64,000 nucleotides of DNA from Hyphochytrium catenoides. Lineage: Eukaryota > Protista > Hyphochytriomycota. Under the pieces are notes generated by a model, which ran no database searches, had not been told where the DNA came from, and was given only the letters and a program-made list of their open reading frames with translations. The translations under genes and the position numbers were made by a program. Shown here piece after piece: positions 25,311 through 36,718 of the stretch. The stretch is from positions 2,608 to 66,607 of the forward strand of contig FLMG01000171.1 of the NCBI GenBank assembly GCA_900088475.1, in the 5' to 3' direction. Each line of letters opens with the position of its first letter. The stretch's first letter is position 1.

Positions 25311-28176
25311 CTATCTGGAGTTCTTCACGGCGTCGAACAACTCGGTGGCACGCCTAGACACCTGTGACGTGCAGCGCCGACATAACAATTAACAGGCAAA
25401 AAAAAAGTTATAACTATCTCACTCAGTAAGCGGAGAAGCAATACCGTAGGAGAAAGGAGGAGATCCGGCATAGCGGCAAGATACCAGCGGACATACCTCA
25501 GCCGGACTAAACCCTGCTTTGTACAGAGATGATCCCAAGCCGAATGACCTTGCCCCAGCTTTCATATATCGTGGAATCGTTTCAACATCAATGCCGCCGA
25601 CAGGCAGCATAAGGGCGTCAGAAGGAAGCACTAGAGGAAGAGCATGTGGAGCAATGACTGTTAGAAATAAAGCACGTGGACCTTAACAGCTAACGCCACT
25701 AGGAGGCACCACCAAGTACAGGCTACTGTCCGCTGTGTTGAGTACTCCCACCTGTCTTGAATGCCTTGAAGCCTGCAACGGAGATCATCTCAGCGGGAAA
25801 TAGCTTCAGCCCGTGGGCACCTGCTTCTAGCGCTGCAAAAGCCTCAGAAGGTGTGGTGACACCAGGCAACATAATAAGTCCCCTAGATACGGCAGCTGCC
25901 ACCACATCAGGATTAAAGTTTGGGGAGACAATGATAGCTCCACCGGCATCAGCTACTGCGTGGACCTATTTGAGATAGACGAGAGCCCGATCCGATGAGT
26001 TGCAGAATTTAGGAGGATTCAATAACCAGTCCTCATGAGGAAAGATGTAACAGCATTCAGAAAGCGAGCCAGAGTAGCCGTTGTAGACACGCATGGAGGA
26101 AATGCAGCAGCACGATGGCCTGGAGATTGCTAATCCTAAGATTCTGATTCGCATCTCCATGACAAAGCTTCGAGAGGTAGTGGCCATGTTGAACAAGCAG
26201 GAGGATGGCATAATGAGGTCTTCCGCGTAAAAAGACTAACCTTCTCCACGGTATCAATTGTCCCAGCGCCTATGAGCATTGAGTCACCAAACGCTTCTTT
26301 CATGGTACGGATGCTCTCAAGGCAATTTGGAGAATTCCAAGGAACCTCCACGATGGAGTAACCCGCGTCATGGAGTACAGAGCAAACAGATCGGGCTTCA
26401 GAGGGTTTGATCCCTCGTAAAATAGCAACTAGAGGGCATCTAGCTAAATGCTTCACCAGCAGATCTTTGGGCGATGAAAGGGTAGAAGCCCTGCTTTCTT
26501 TCTCTTCCTTTCTAGACGGTTTGACAGCAAAGCCCGCCAAGGATAGTAAGCCCTTTCTGGATATCTCCTCCCCATTCAGAAGGACTGGTTCAATGTTCCA
26601 AAGTTGGAAGGCTTGCTGATAGAGAGAGAGAAGAGAGTCTGAACCCACTACTGCAACACCAGAGGGAGGACTCAGCCTAAAATTTTTCATGCCCGAAGAC
26701 ACCTCGTGGCCGATGACAATGCCGGACAGAAGGGACAGAGAGCCCGTCTCGTCCACCTCTTTAGCCAAAACTCTTCTCCGCACTTGAAAGAGATCGGCAA
26801 GAAAGCCATCGCGACTCTGTTTAGCGATCTCAACACCCTTCCGGAACTCCTTCTCCTTGACGGGGCTGCTCGTTGCTTGAGCTGCATTCACAAGTAGCGC
26901 CAAGGAGGGATCAATGCAGTCAGGTTACAGATGCGAGAGGGTAAAAAACAGCCAAACTTAGAAGATAATTTGACTTGAAGATCCATAAGAAGGAGTCTGT
27001 AAATCAGAGGTACGCACCTGGGCGGAGAATGGAGTGCTTCGAGATGATAGAGAACATCTCGCCGGTCATGTATGTCTTGAAATAGTTCACCTGCTGCGCA
27101 GCTGGGTCGATGACAGCCCATTTACTGTGAGTGCCTGTATAGGAGATCATCAGTTTCCATTGTGAATCAAAATGGAGCCTGCCATACTAGGAGACTCTAT
27201 TTCCACTCTCCTTTTCCTTTTCCTTGCCATCGTCATGTCATTTCCCTCTGTTTTCTTTTCATTTGTTACTCCGCTTGTCCCTAGAACTATTCTAAATAGC
27301 GGTTAGAATAGTCCTGCACTTCCGATCTCAGGTATGAAGCTTCTATCCTTTGTATTGTTTGTGCCAGCAGCGGTTGACTTACCAGGAAGAATGATTAAAT
27401 CCGCCGTGATGCCTTGGTCGTTCAACATCTCTAACGCACCAAATATTTGCGTCTCTTCGCCGCGTATGACATCCGGGGCTACCTGCTGCCCTTCATTGTA
27501 AGGTGTTGATTGACTACACGAGAGGCCGGAGAAAATGGTGATCGATCGCCCAGATTTGGATGTGAACTTCTCTGCCTGAGCTCTGACATTCTCAGCCGTA
27601 GCCGGCACTGATGCATACTTAACCTCCCTCCAGCCTCTATTGGACCCTGCCTGAACTCGATCCACTCGTCAGAGAAAGCACGGGCTCGGCGAGTTCGGTT
27701 GCTTACCATCCCGCATATAAAAACTGGTGCGGTGCGTGGCCAGTCTCTGCAGTGCGATTCAAACGCCTCGTCAAAATCCTTCACGTTCAGTATGCCGCCG
27801 CTGTTGCTGGAAACACTATCAATGACAGTGCCATCTGGGACATGCATCACTATGTAAGTACCAGTCTAATTGCTAAGACGTGTTCTCCATGTCCCATGTA
27901 GGCTCGTAGTGCTAGAAGGATTGCCATTAACCTCTTACCGTTGACGTTAACGTAGAAGGCACGGAAGGAAGAGGTGCCCCAATCGGCGAGGATGGCTTTG
28001 TTATGCCCGGAATTCTCATGAGGACCTGACGATGCCATTCTCACGATCGACCGGATTGGTGGCACGGTTGGTCTATAGTTTGCAGCGCAGCCGGACCGTC
28101 CACTTGCATATACAGACCGCCCAGACGCAAGCATACGCCGAAGTCCAGGAGGACAGGGTCTTATAGCGAGTGGCAT
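25311..28176 (-). CDS. Fused 2-dehydro-3-deoxygalactonokinase (DgoK) and 2-dehydro-3-deoxy-6-phosphogalactonate aldolase (DgoA), 8 exons, with N-terminal extension
   Basis: DgoK motifs DWGTSSFRAF, CGMAGSNRGW, DVIRGEETQIFG, LPGTHSKW, MTGEMF and LSGIVIGHE. DgoA motifs LVAILRGI, EVPWNSP, IGAGT, VSPN, PGVTTPSEAF, LKLFPA, PVGGI and FGLGSSLYKAG. The junction lies within one ORF (26136-26903). Confidence 0.93.
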
Positions 28177-28878
28177 TGCTAACTTGGTCCGCTTCCTCTG
28201 GTTGTCAATCGACCGACAGGCTTAGCTGAGCATGTCAGAGTAGACAATGATGCTTACCGGCGGCAGAAGCAAGGTCCTCAAAACCGATGAATCTATGAAT
28301 GCTAGAAGTCTAGTATTTCCTATTTCGAGGCACAACCTTCATCTCCCGCACCAGAGATCAGCACCAGTGCCCCTGTGACCGGTCATCCTGATGAGCATGA
28401 GAGCATCAGCACCAGCATCAGGCGGCTTTCCGTTCTCTCAGCAATGGAGATTCTGGGCTGTCCGGATCTTTTGTCTGCCTCCCTTCTTCACATTCTGAAT
28501 CAACAGAAAGATCAGAACCTTAGATCCACTCAGTGAATCAGTTCTCGATAACCGCATCGGCTGCCGATAACGCCAATACTCTAGAGTTTGGAGAAGAACA
28601 GATTTGCAGATCAGATTGCTCACAACCTGCCTTTACCCAAGCTGCACAGAGGCTTCTCATCATCAGCAGAAGTGTATCGCGGGGAGCAAGGCAGACAGGA
28701 GAGACGAAAGAAGGAGCGGGCAACGGGTGAGGGTGGAACTCGGCCCAGGGTGTTTGATCTTGTTTCAAGCTCTCATAGTTAAATGGCAGGCTGACGCAGC
28801 GGGTGCGTCTAACCTTGAAGCAGTGGCAGTTAGGCGAAAGAGCGGGGGTTAAGAGGAGAGAAGTCAAGGTGCTGCTTC

Positions 28879-30633
28879 ATGATGGCGTCTCTCGAATCAG
28901 AGCGCGTTCAGCGAAGAAAGCAGGGCTTCAAGAGACAAGACCTATGCCAAACAAGCCAACAAAGACGGCGCTCGGAGCAGCTAACGAGACAAAGAGAGGC
29001 CCGCAGGGACTTAACCCAGCTTGCAAGAACGCTAGCTGAAAGTTCCTCCGCTCAAGAGGTCAATGGAAATGAAGAAGGTAAACCACCGCTAAAGAACATC
29101 ATATCGGCCCGCAAACGATATCTTATCAGCGTCGACCACACGACAGATGACGAGCAGGGACAGGAATGGGAAATGCACGAGGGTATGGAGGAGGATGTGC
29201 ACGAGGCCCCCACAGGCTCTCATCAGAGCCGAGAAGACCGCCTCCGAAAGCGAAGAAAGCACTTCAGCCAGCAGCTAATGATCCCAGAGGTATTTCCTGT
29301 CCTACCGCGCTCCATTAACACAACTGACAATATGATAGTGGATGGTAGAGGTCCCGGAAGGGTTGAATGGCAAGGATAGCGAACTAGGCCTGGGATGGTA
29401 TGTCCTCCCCCGTCCAGAAGGCAAGCGGTGCCTCGTCATCTCCAGCGGGTAGGTAGCGAACGCAACTTCATGTGCAGTTGCCATGCTAATATGACCCTGC
29501 AGGTCTAAGACAATCAGTCGCTACCAGAGCGGCTTCATCTTACATAAGTTCGCATCAAACCTGCCCGGTGGTAAGTCGTAGCGACGAATCTTCCCTACAG
29601 GAAAAACCCTGAGGGAGCTTACCCTCTAACCCAGGTTCACGACGGAGTGACTCTGGCGACTATTGCATTTTAGATTGCATCTACCACGAGAGTGATAGGA
29701 CGTACTATGTGCTTGATATGATGTGCTGGAAGGTATGATGTTCAAGGGATGATTCTGCATCTCTTTCCGGCTTAACGGACTTTGATGTCCAGGGTTATTC
29801 CCTCTACGATTGCACGACAGACTTCCGCCTTTTCTGGGTGAGGACGAAGCTAGCAGAGGTCAACGTTGATGCCGTTACCGATCACAACGACTATCGATTC
29901 TTGGTAAGTATACCCACCCAGGCAGTCGCTGTTTTTGGCAGATGAGATAGCAGAGGCAACGATAAAGCCCTGAGCGCTGTTCTTAACTATCTTGTTTGCC
30001 ACGGCAGCCAGTTCCGCACTTCGAGAGTGATTCAAACGCTGTCCAGTATGCTTACCAATCTCATTTTCCATTCTTGAGGTGAGTGCCTGTCATTTTCCTG
30101 GCAAGCTTCGTTGTCTCTTTATCCCAAGACCGCCACTCATAGAGGTTCAACGAAGGGATGGGTTGATATTTATTCTCAAGGCCTCGCACTACAACCCTGG
30201 TGTGACTCCTTGTGCGCTAGTGTGGAAGGATCAAGTGTGCAGTCGATATTTCCGTATTCAGGATCATCAGAACATCGTTCTCGAGCTCACTGAGGACGGC
30301 AAGCTCCTTACGGTAGATAACGTAGGGCTCGGACAGCTGGACAAGCGCTCTTTGGAAGAGAAAGAGGTATGTCCTAGCTACTCTTAAGTACCAGTAATAC
30401 TGCTAACCATCACGTAGTTGCACACTGGCGACCTTGTACGGTGCCATATAGATGGAGTGACCCAAGACATGGATGGGACTATCAGGGTTACTGGGTTGAA
30501 AATGGAGAAGAAGTGCTCTATTCAGCGCGGAGTAGCTGACAGCTGGACGAAAGTTCTCTTCTACTCGCGGCATAATATGGTTCCAATCAGCCAGCTCATA
30601 GAGGCTGCGAGAGAGGTTGCAATGGGAAACTAG
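28879..30633 (+). CDS. SNUPN: Snurportin-1 (m3G-cap snRNP import adaptor), multi-exon
   Basis: IBB-like QQRRRSEQLTRQREARRD; QLMIPEWM, PRPEGKRCLV, SNLPGG, ILDCI, DMMCWKG, DGLIF, HYNPGVTP..VWKD, ADSWTK. Confidence 0.92.
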
Positions 30634-30744
30634 GCCTCCGTGGCCAAGGCTAACAAATTCACAATAAATACACTCGTCAGATATAAGCGCACTAACCCAA
30701 GCTACTAGTCCTAACTCTGTTGAGCCCTGCGCTGGCTAATACTC

Positions 30745-31098
30745 CTAGTATTCAACGGTAGAACCCGGAATTGCGTCCCTGCTCTTGGTGATGATCTCCT
30801 CAATGGTGTGGAACTTGGTCTTGCTCATAGGTCTGCAGCTTCTGATCTTGACGAAGTCACCTAGAGTGAATAGAAACCTAAGCTTCACCAGCACTACGTA
30901 GCCAAAACCACAAAGGAAACTCCACAAGAAAACTGACTTACCGAGCTGAGTGACTTCGTTCTCGTCGTGAACCTTGAACTTCTTTTTGTACATGATTGGC
31001 GCGTGAAGCTTGGGGTGCATTTGGCTTCTCCGAACCTCGACAACAGCCGTCTTGGCCATACCTTTTCCAATCACTCTCCCAAAATAGAACGCCGTCAT
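30745..31098 (-). CDS. Mitochondrial (bacterial-type) ribosomal protein uS17, one intron (about 30862-30941)
   Basis: GRVIGKGMAKTAVVEV, HPK, KKFKVHDENE, GDFVKIRSCRPMSKTK. Confidence 0.9.
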   Translation of the reverse strand: MTAFYFGRVIGKGMAKTAVVEVRRSQMHPKLHAPIMYKKKFKVHDENEVTQLGKSVFLWSFLCGFGYVVLVKLRFLFTLGDFVKIRSCRPMSKTKFHTIEEIITKSRDAIPGSTVEY

Positions 31099-31222
31099 CG
31101 TGGCTAGCTGTAACTCTATCGATATAGATAGACGATCTGTAGGAGTGGACCTCAGCTCTGTATGTGGCGTGCTGGATAACGAGACCTTCTTCCACAGAGA
31201 TTTGCTCCAGAGATTAACAGAT

Positions 31223-31252
31223 GAAGCTTCTCAATGAGCTTCATGAAGCTTC
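31223..31252. promoter_or_regulatory. Candidate heat-shock element in the divergent uS17 / lipoyl-Kgd4 promoter
   Basis: TTCatGAAgcTTC (31240-31252) overlapping the palindrome agcttcatgaagct, plus GAAgcTTC at 31223-31230. Confidence 0.35.
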
Positions 31253-31782
31253 ACAACTCACCAGCCAGCCAGACTCCAATTTTATTACCCGAGACTAATC
31301 ACATCTCCGAAATTAACGTGGTTAAGTTTATTGTGATCTACCTATTATTATTGGGAACTACAGGTCTACCGGATGGTTCCGAAAGTGAGCTTCTCCTCCA
31401 GCTGATACCTATCCAGAATAACCATCCCTTGAGAGTGCGTTAGGACCAGGGGGTTCGGAATAGAGCGGATGGTCTACATTTATTATTAGGTATGGCTTTT
31501 TATACTCACGCCTTTATGGTACCCGTGAGACAAAGTTCCATGAGTAATGACGAATCATCAAGCTCTGCAAAGTCTGCAGATCTGCCACCTCAAGAAAGAT
31601 GCAGGATGCAGATCTTCATCAGAAAAAGGGCTTCAGAGTCCGTGTTAGCCGAAGAATTTGCCCTATAATTACCTGGTGGTCAGAGTCCGGTGTTCTGAAG
31701 AACGGAAAAGGATCAGTAGAGTTCATGGTCGAGGTCCATATAGAGAAGAGAGTCCGTAAGCCTTAAGGTCCCATCTTCAACA

Positions 31783-32667
31783 ATGGGGTCTCTGCACCGA
31801 ATCATCAGGCCTATACTTCCTCAAGTCCGAGGGCGCTATGCTGCATATGCTCAGCCTTCCACCGGCGATGCTGACAGACTTCAGTATGTGGTAAGAGTGA
31901 CGTCCCACACATTGCCTAGTTGACTCCCCCGGTCACCAGTACACCTTATAGGCCCGACTGGCTGTCGGTACGAGACTCTTCAGGACCTCGCCATCTCTCT
32001 TGGAGATGTTGATCATGAAAGTACCAGCGATGGGTGACTCGATTACCGAAGGGACGCTCGTCCAGTTCAACAAGAACCCTGGGGATTATGTGAACCAAGA
32101 CGAAGTCATATGTGTCATTGAGACTGACAAGGTACGAAGCTTAAGCTCTCCGTAGTTTCTTGCCTTTCACAACCGTTGCCTTGCTGATAGGTTAGCGTGG
32201 ATGTCAGAGCACCACAATCCGGCACTATCGTAGAATTCATACCAAAACTTGACGAAGAAGTCGCCGTGGGTGGTGATCTGGTCAAACTGGATACTGCAGG
32301 ATCTGCTAAGAATGTACCACCCTCAGAACCCAAGGCAGTGTCGCCTCCAGCTACTCCAAGCCCTTCTTCCATTGACTCAAAGCCTACACCCCAAGCAGAG
32401 AAAGCCAAGACTGTAACAGAAGTAAAGTCGATAGGGCACCGGGTACCAAGCATCAAATTCTTAGGTAAGAGGTCAAAATCGAAGACCTCTTCAGGCCTGG
32501 CCACCAGTGCCGGCCAGCTGTCAATGGCACGGTCACCGCTTCCTAAGGAGGATGTGTCACCTAAAGGTGCCATTCCCTTTGACGACACTCCTTCTCTGTT
32601 CAAACATCTACCTTTGTCGGCGGAAGAAATGGAGGCAATAGACTCTGGGGGTGCCTCAATGTTTTAG
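31783..32667 (+). CDS. Predicted mitochondrial protein: E2o-type lipoyl domain plus Kgd4/MRPS36-like module (exons 31783-31890, 31952-32131, 32191-32667)
   Basis: Presequence ...GTRLFRTS; lipoyl domain [12 protein letters not shown]...[16 protein letters not shown]; Pro/Ser linker; [12 protein letters not shown]; C-terminal [19 protein letters not shown]. No acyltransferase domain. Confidence 0.85.
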
Positions 32668-32747
32668 TCTTGCCTTGTCTGTTTGGCGCTCAGGCACTTT
32701 TCAGATCAACCTATCATCTATCTATTTTGGCTTCGATACGCCTGTCA

Positions 32748-33972
32748 TTACACCCATACTTTGACACTCCCGTCGTATGCTCCTGAGAGAAGCATAGTTT
32801 GCGTCGGATGAAAAGCTGCGCTATTAACGATACCCTTGTGCCCAATAAGCTTGGTAATGACATTGCCCTAAAGAGACCAGGTCAGCATGTAGCTTCGTCA
32901 GCATGTCAAGCTTGAGTCCGTACCTCAACAAGATCCCAGCAAAAGATGCTGTTGTCTTCGGAGCCGGAGAAGACATAGGCATCATTATGGGAGAAGCATG
33001 ATTGGACCCGATATGAGTTATTCAGATGCCCTACATACCTGGACACAGAGACCACGTTAGGCCTTCGTCCATTGAACTCTAAAGAGGCGGACAGAACTTA
33101 CTCGGTGAGCAGCTCCCCCGAGTCCTTTTCCAGAAGTCTTATTCTATTGTCTAGACCATTGGCTAGAATGCAATTGCGGTCGTTCGAAAGCTGGACGCTG
33201 CACACGCTCTCATGGATGTTGTCCGCAAACACCTTTCCCATACGGAGATCAAATATCCGAACAAACCCGTCAACTGAGCTGTGCCGTGTAGCCGCGTCAG
33301 GACGTGGCGTCATACTATGAGCAGCACTGCAAGAAGGACTCTGTTACTGACCTTGCAATGATCTGGTCCGCAGTCACCACGATGCCTGTGACGCTATCCT
33401 TGAAGTGGTCCAGGATCTGGATAGGCTCATAAGAATTCTGGGCACGAACGTCCCAGCATCTTATGGTTTTGTCATAAGAACCGCTAAGGATCACAGTCCC
33501 ATCAGCGTTCATGGCAACAGCATTTACACGGTGGAAATGTCCTTGAAAACGCCGGATAACTTTCCCTGTGGCGACATCCCATAAGAAGACTATTTTGTCT
33601 CCTCCGCATGAGACGAACTTGGCATTGTCATGAGAGCTAGACAAGGTTCCATTAGCACTATCGAGCCCAGACAATCCTCTCAAGTCGACGCCTTACATGA
33701 CCAAGTCTTGGATCTCATACCCATGTGGCCCACTGTATGTCTTCACCAGGAAGCCCTCCTCCCCGTCGGGCCCTTCGCGATGAGGGTTCCAGAGGCATAG
33801 CCTACGATCCGAACCTCCGGACATGCAATAGCTCCCATCACCTAGATTTCCAGTTAGGCTCCCTCCCTCTCTCACGATACCTACAAGGGTACTCACCATT
33901 AAACTTGACAGCCAGCACGGCGCCCTGATGGCCCCGTAGCGTGCGGACATTTTCTCTCGGAACACCTGACAT
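32748..33972 (-). CDS. WDR83: WD40-repeat protein WDR83/MORG1
   Basis: MSGVPRENVRTLRGHQGAVLAVKFN, LCLWNP, YSGPHGYEI, SCGGDK.VFLWDVATG, SGSYD, SVDG.VRIFDLRMG, RLLEKDSGELL, SGSED, AYDGSVKVW*. Confidence 0.92.
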
Positions 33973-34635
33973 CGTCAGCAAACGTGCACTATGGTCCTTA
34001 CGGCGTGGGCCGTATCAACTAGGCCCATCTCACCCTTCTACACAGAGAGGAATTGCACTGCGAGCTGAGCTTGTCACAATTGGCTATGGTCCTCCATTCC
34101 CAGGCTACTAAGCCGGCAAATGATCACCTCCTCCCGCGGTGCAGCTCTTTACAAGGGACGCTGGCAGCTGGCAGGCTGAATTGTCCTGTCAATCTCTTCT
34201 GCACTCTGCACCGATGATCCATCATCAGATCATCAGAAGCCAAGGAATCGTCCCACAGATCTGTGTACGGAGAAATCCACGGCCATAAACGTTAGCGGCA
34301 CCTTTGAAGAGTTCCCGGGTCTTCTTCACACTTTCAAAGACTCCTCCAGGCCATTCTCAGACAGGTTTCCAGCTGATGAGCTCGGTCACTCTTGAAGAAC
34401 GGGCTTGAGCTGTGGACTACTGAGACACTTTTGATACTGCAAGGTGTCGAAGACTGGTGACCTTTCACATCTTAGGGTCTCAATGCTTTTGCCTTCTCCA
34501 TCATCCTGATAAGCGCAGCTTCCATCGAGCGCTGGTGTCTGCTATTCATCATTGGCAACCTCTTGGAACATCTGTCCTACCATGCAAAGACGCTCTCCTT
34601 AACGTTTCGCGAGGAGAATCTGTTTGACTCGGGAA

Positions 34636-35187
34636 ATGGTAGCGTACTGGTGGCAGGCAGCTGGAGTCATGGGGGACCAGGAGCCGCAAGCTGGAAGCTC
34701 TAGACGTCGCACGTTCACTGATATGGAGACTGAGGCCCACATGGAAGGCCAATCGCCGAAAGAGGTAATCTACAGCCAGCTCAAGAAACTAAAGCTTGAG
34801 ACCTCCATGCAAGCAGAGGCTTCGGGCACGTTTGAGCGGGCGACACAAGCAAAGACTGCAAACTTGTCGATTCAGCGAGAAAGTGCTTCTGAGATGTTGA
34901 ACGGCGGCAGACAGCTAGAGCATCAACGACCCCACAAAGCAATTATTGGGCATGGCAGCATTACTTTGAACACCACCGACGGGACTTCAAGCAACTCTTT
35001 GACACAGCAATCAATCCCCCAAACCGACAGCGGACACCGGAACAGCGAGGAGTGGATTCACTTTGATAATATGGATTATCGCGATATCAACAAGCTACTA
35101 AGGGAGCTCCATTTTGAGCGGAAGCGAAGGCTCCACCAGCCCGCAGGGCGGCCATCTCTTGACGAAGAAATGTACGATGACTTATGA
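34636..35187 (+). CDS. Single-exon, mostly disordered protein with C-terminal YxxINxxLRExHF helix (FAM104/VCF-like)
   Basis: Open frame of about 183 aa, divergent from WDR83; basic RRR...KKLK segment; YRDINKLLRELHFERKRR. Confidence 0.65.
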   Translation: MVAYWWQAAGVMGDQEPQAGSSRRRTFTDMETEAHMEGQSPKEVIYSQLKKLKLETSMQAEASGTFERATQAKTANLSIQRESASEMLNGGRQLEHQRPHKAIIGHGSITLNTTDGTSSNSLTQQSIPQTDSGHRNSEEWIHFDNMDYRDINKLLRELHFERKRRLHQPAGRPSLDEEMYDDL

Positions 35188-36661
35188 GCCAAACAATTTC
35201 TCCCAAACCACAGACCTAGTCACGCCTTGGGCAAGGGCTACTCTCATACTGCGGGTAAGCACTTCGTTACCAGTTCACCTGGCACCAAGCTAGGTCATAG
35301 TGCTGCTCCTACATCCACACGTCGTCACCCGGCTGACGTGTCAAGCAGGTCCATGCGACTATTGGGATAATTTTACGCCCACGGCTGGCCTGTAGAGCTT
35401 GCTTGATGTGCAATATGTAGGCTGTCTTAGTGCGCTTCGCAGCGTTCCTAGGGGAATGTTATAGCGGAGTGTGTCAAAGCGTTCGATGTAGGTCTACCAT
35501 AGATCAAGGTAAGTCTCTATCATCCTATAGATAAGTACATTACGAGGTACCGCCAAATGTGTGAAGTTTGTCGCGCGAAACCACCATCACAGGGTCCTAC
35601 TTCCTTAAAAATTTAGCTAGACTAGATATCACCTGTCCGAGCTTCTGAGTTGCGTGTGGACTGTACATCCCTGAGTGTCGATTATAAAACAGAGGTGTCC
35701 TCACTATATCTGGTCCTAGATAGGGAAGACCCCGGTGCTTGAAGCCTTTATGAAGTAACGTGAAGCATCAGTTAACGGCAAAGGAAAGCTGGGGAAAGCC
35801 GCACCGCCCGCCAGCACCATTTTAAGCGACGCGAGTACGAGGTTCTTTGAGGCCGGAACTATGAAGAGAAACCAATTGTTGACCATTCTGTCCTTTACCC
35901 CTTCCTTTGTAGTTCTAGTGTGTCCAGAGGTCCCCCACCTGAGCCTCCAAAGTGCAGCGCTTATGCGCCTGTCACAGGAGACCTCACGGCCAACGGCTCT
36001 TATTCTTCGTCGCTAAGTGCGATGCAGGCTGACATACCCTGATTAAAAAAAGTAGCCAGCGAGATTTTTCATGATGATAGATAATAATCTATTATTCAAG
36101 GAAGGAAGTGCTGTCCCATAGCATTGCCGCTCTGGAAGAATGCATATCTCTGGCGATTCAGCTCAAACCAAAAGACTATGCACACAACACTAGGATTCCC
36201 AGACCTTGACTGATAAGATGTTGTTGACTCGTCATAGTTGTACTATTGCCGCATGTTTTGCCGTGCGGGGTCAGGAGTCGGTCAGCTTCATAAGTCAACA
36301 TGAGATACCATTTTCCTCCTCGCTGCTGGCGGAATGCAGGGGACAGCATCTTCCACTTGAGCTTATTGACTGCCGCTTTCTCAAGGCCCAGACCAATACA
36401 AGGAAGATTGAGGTCAGGGCCAGTAACCTCGACTTCGCAAGATGGGCTTCTGCTTCTCCAGGTGCCTTTGCTATTAATTCCGCCTCAAATGATTTTGAGC
36501 TTCAAAGATTGGCAAACACTCTTCTAAGCGTAAGGCCGTAGATGCGGCAATCGGAACTCGTTTGGTCCAACGCAGGGATAGAGCCGGCATGAAAAAATTC
36601 ACCAGCCTCTTGATACCCATTACCCTTATGCCCAGGACTCCTCAGACAGCAGTCTGTGAAT

Positions 36662-36718
36662 GTTTCTTTTTGACAGAAGCGCCAATGGAAGCAGAAGAAG
36701 AGGATAATCGAGGTTAGC
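36662..36718 (+). repeat. 57-bp dispersed copy of 24830-24886 (exon end plus splice donor of the ERICH3-N-like gene)
   Basis: Direct comparison gives 54/57 identical bases. Confidence 0.9.

Noticed and set aside
28384-28425. CTGATGAG as a hammerhead ribozyme core (also at about 34373, 38486 and 59682)
   Set aside because: No stem II followed by GAAA in the required geometry; the intergenic cases are better explained by the general TGATGA motif.
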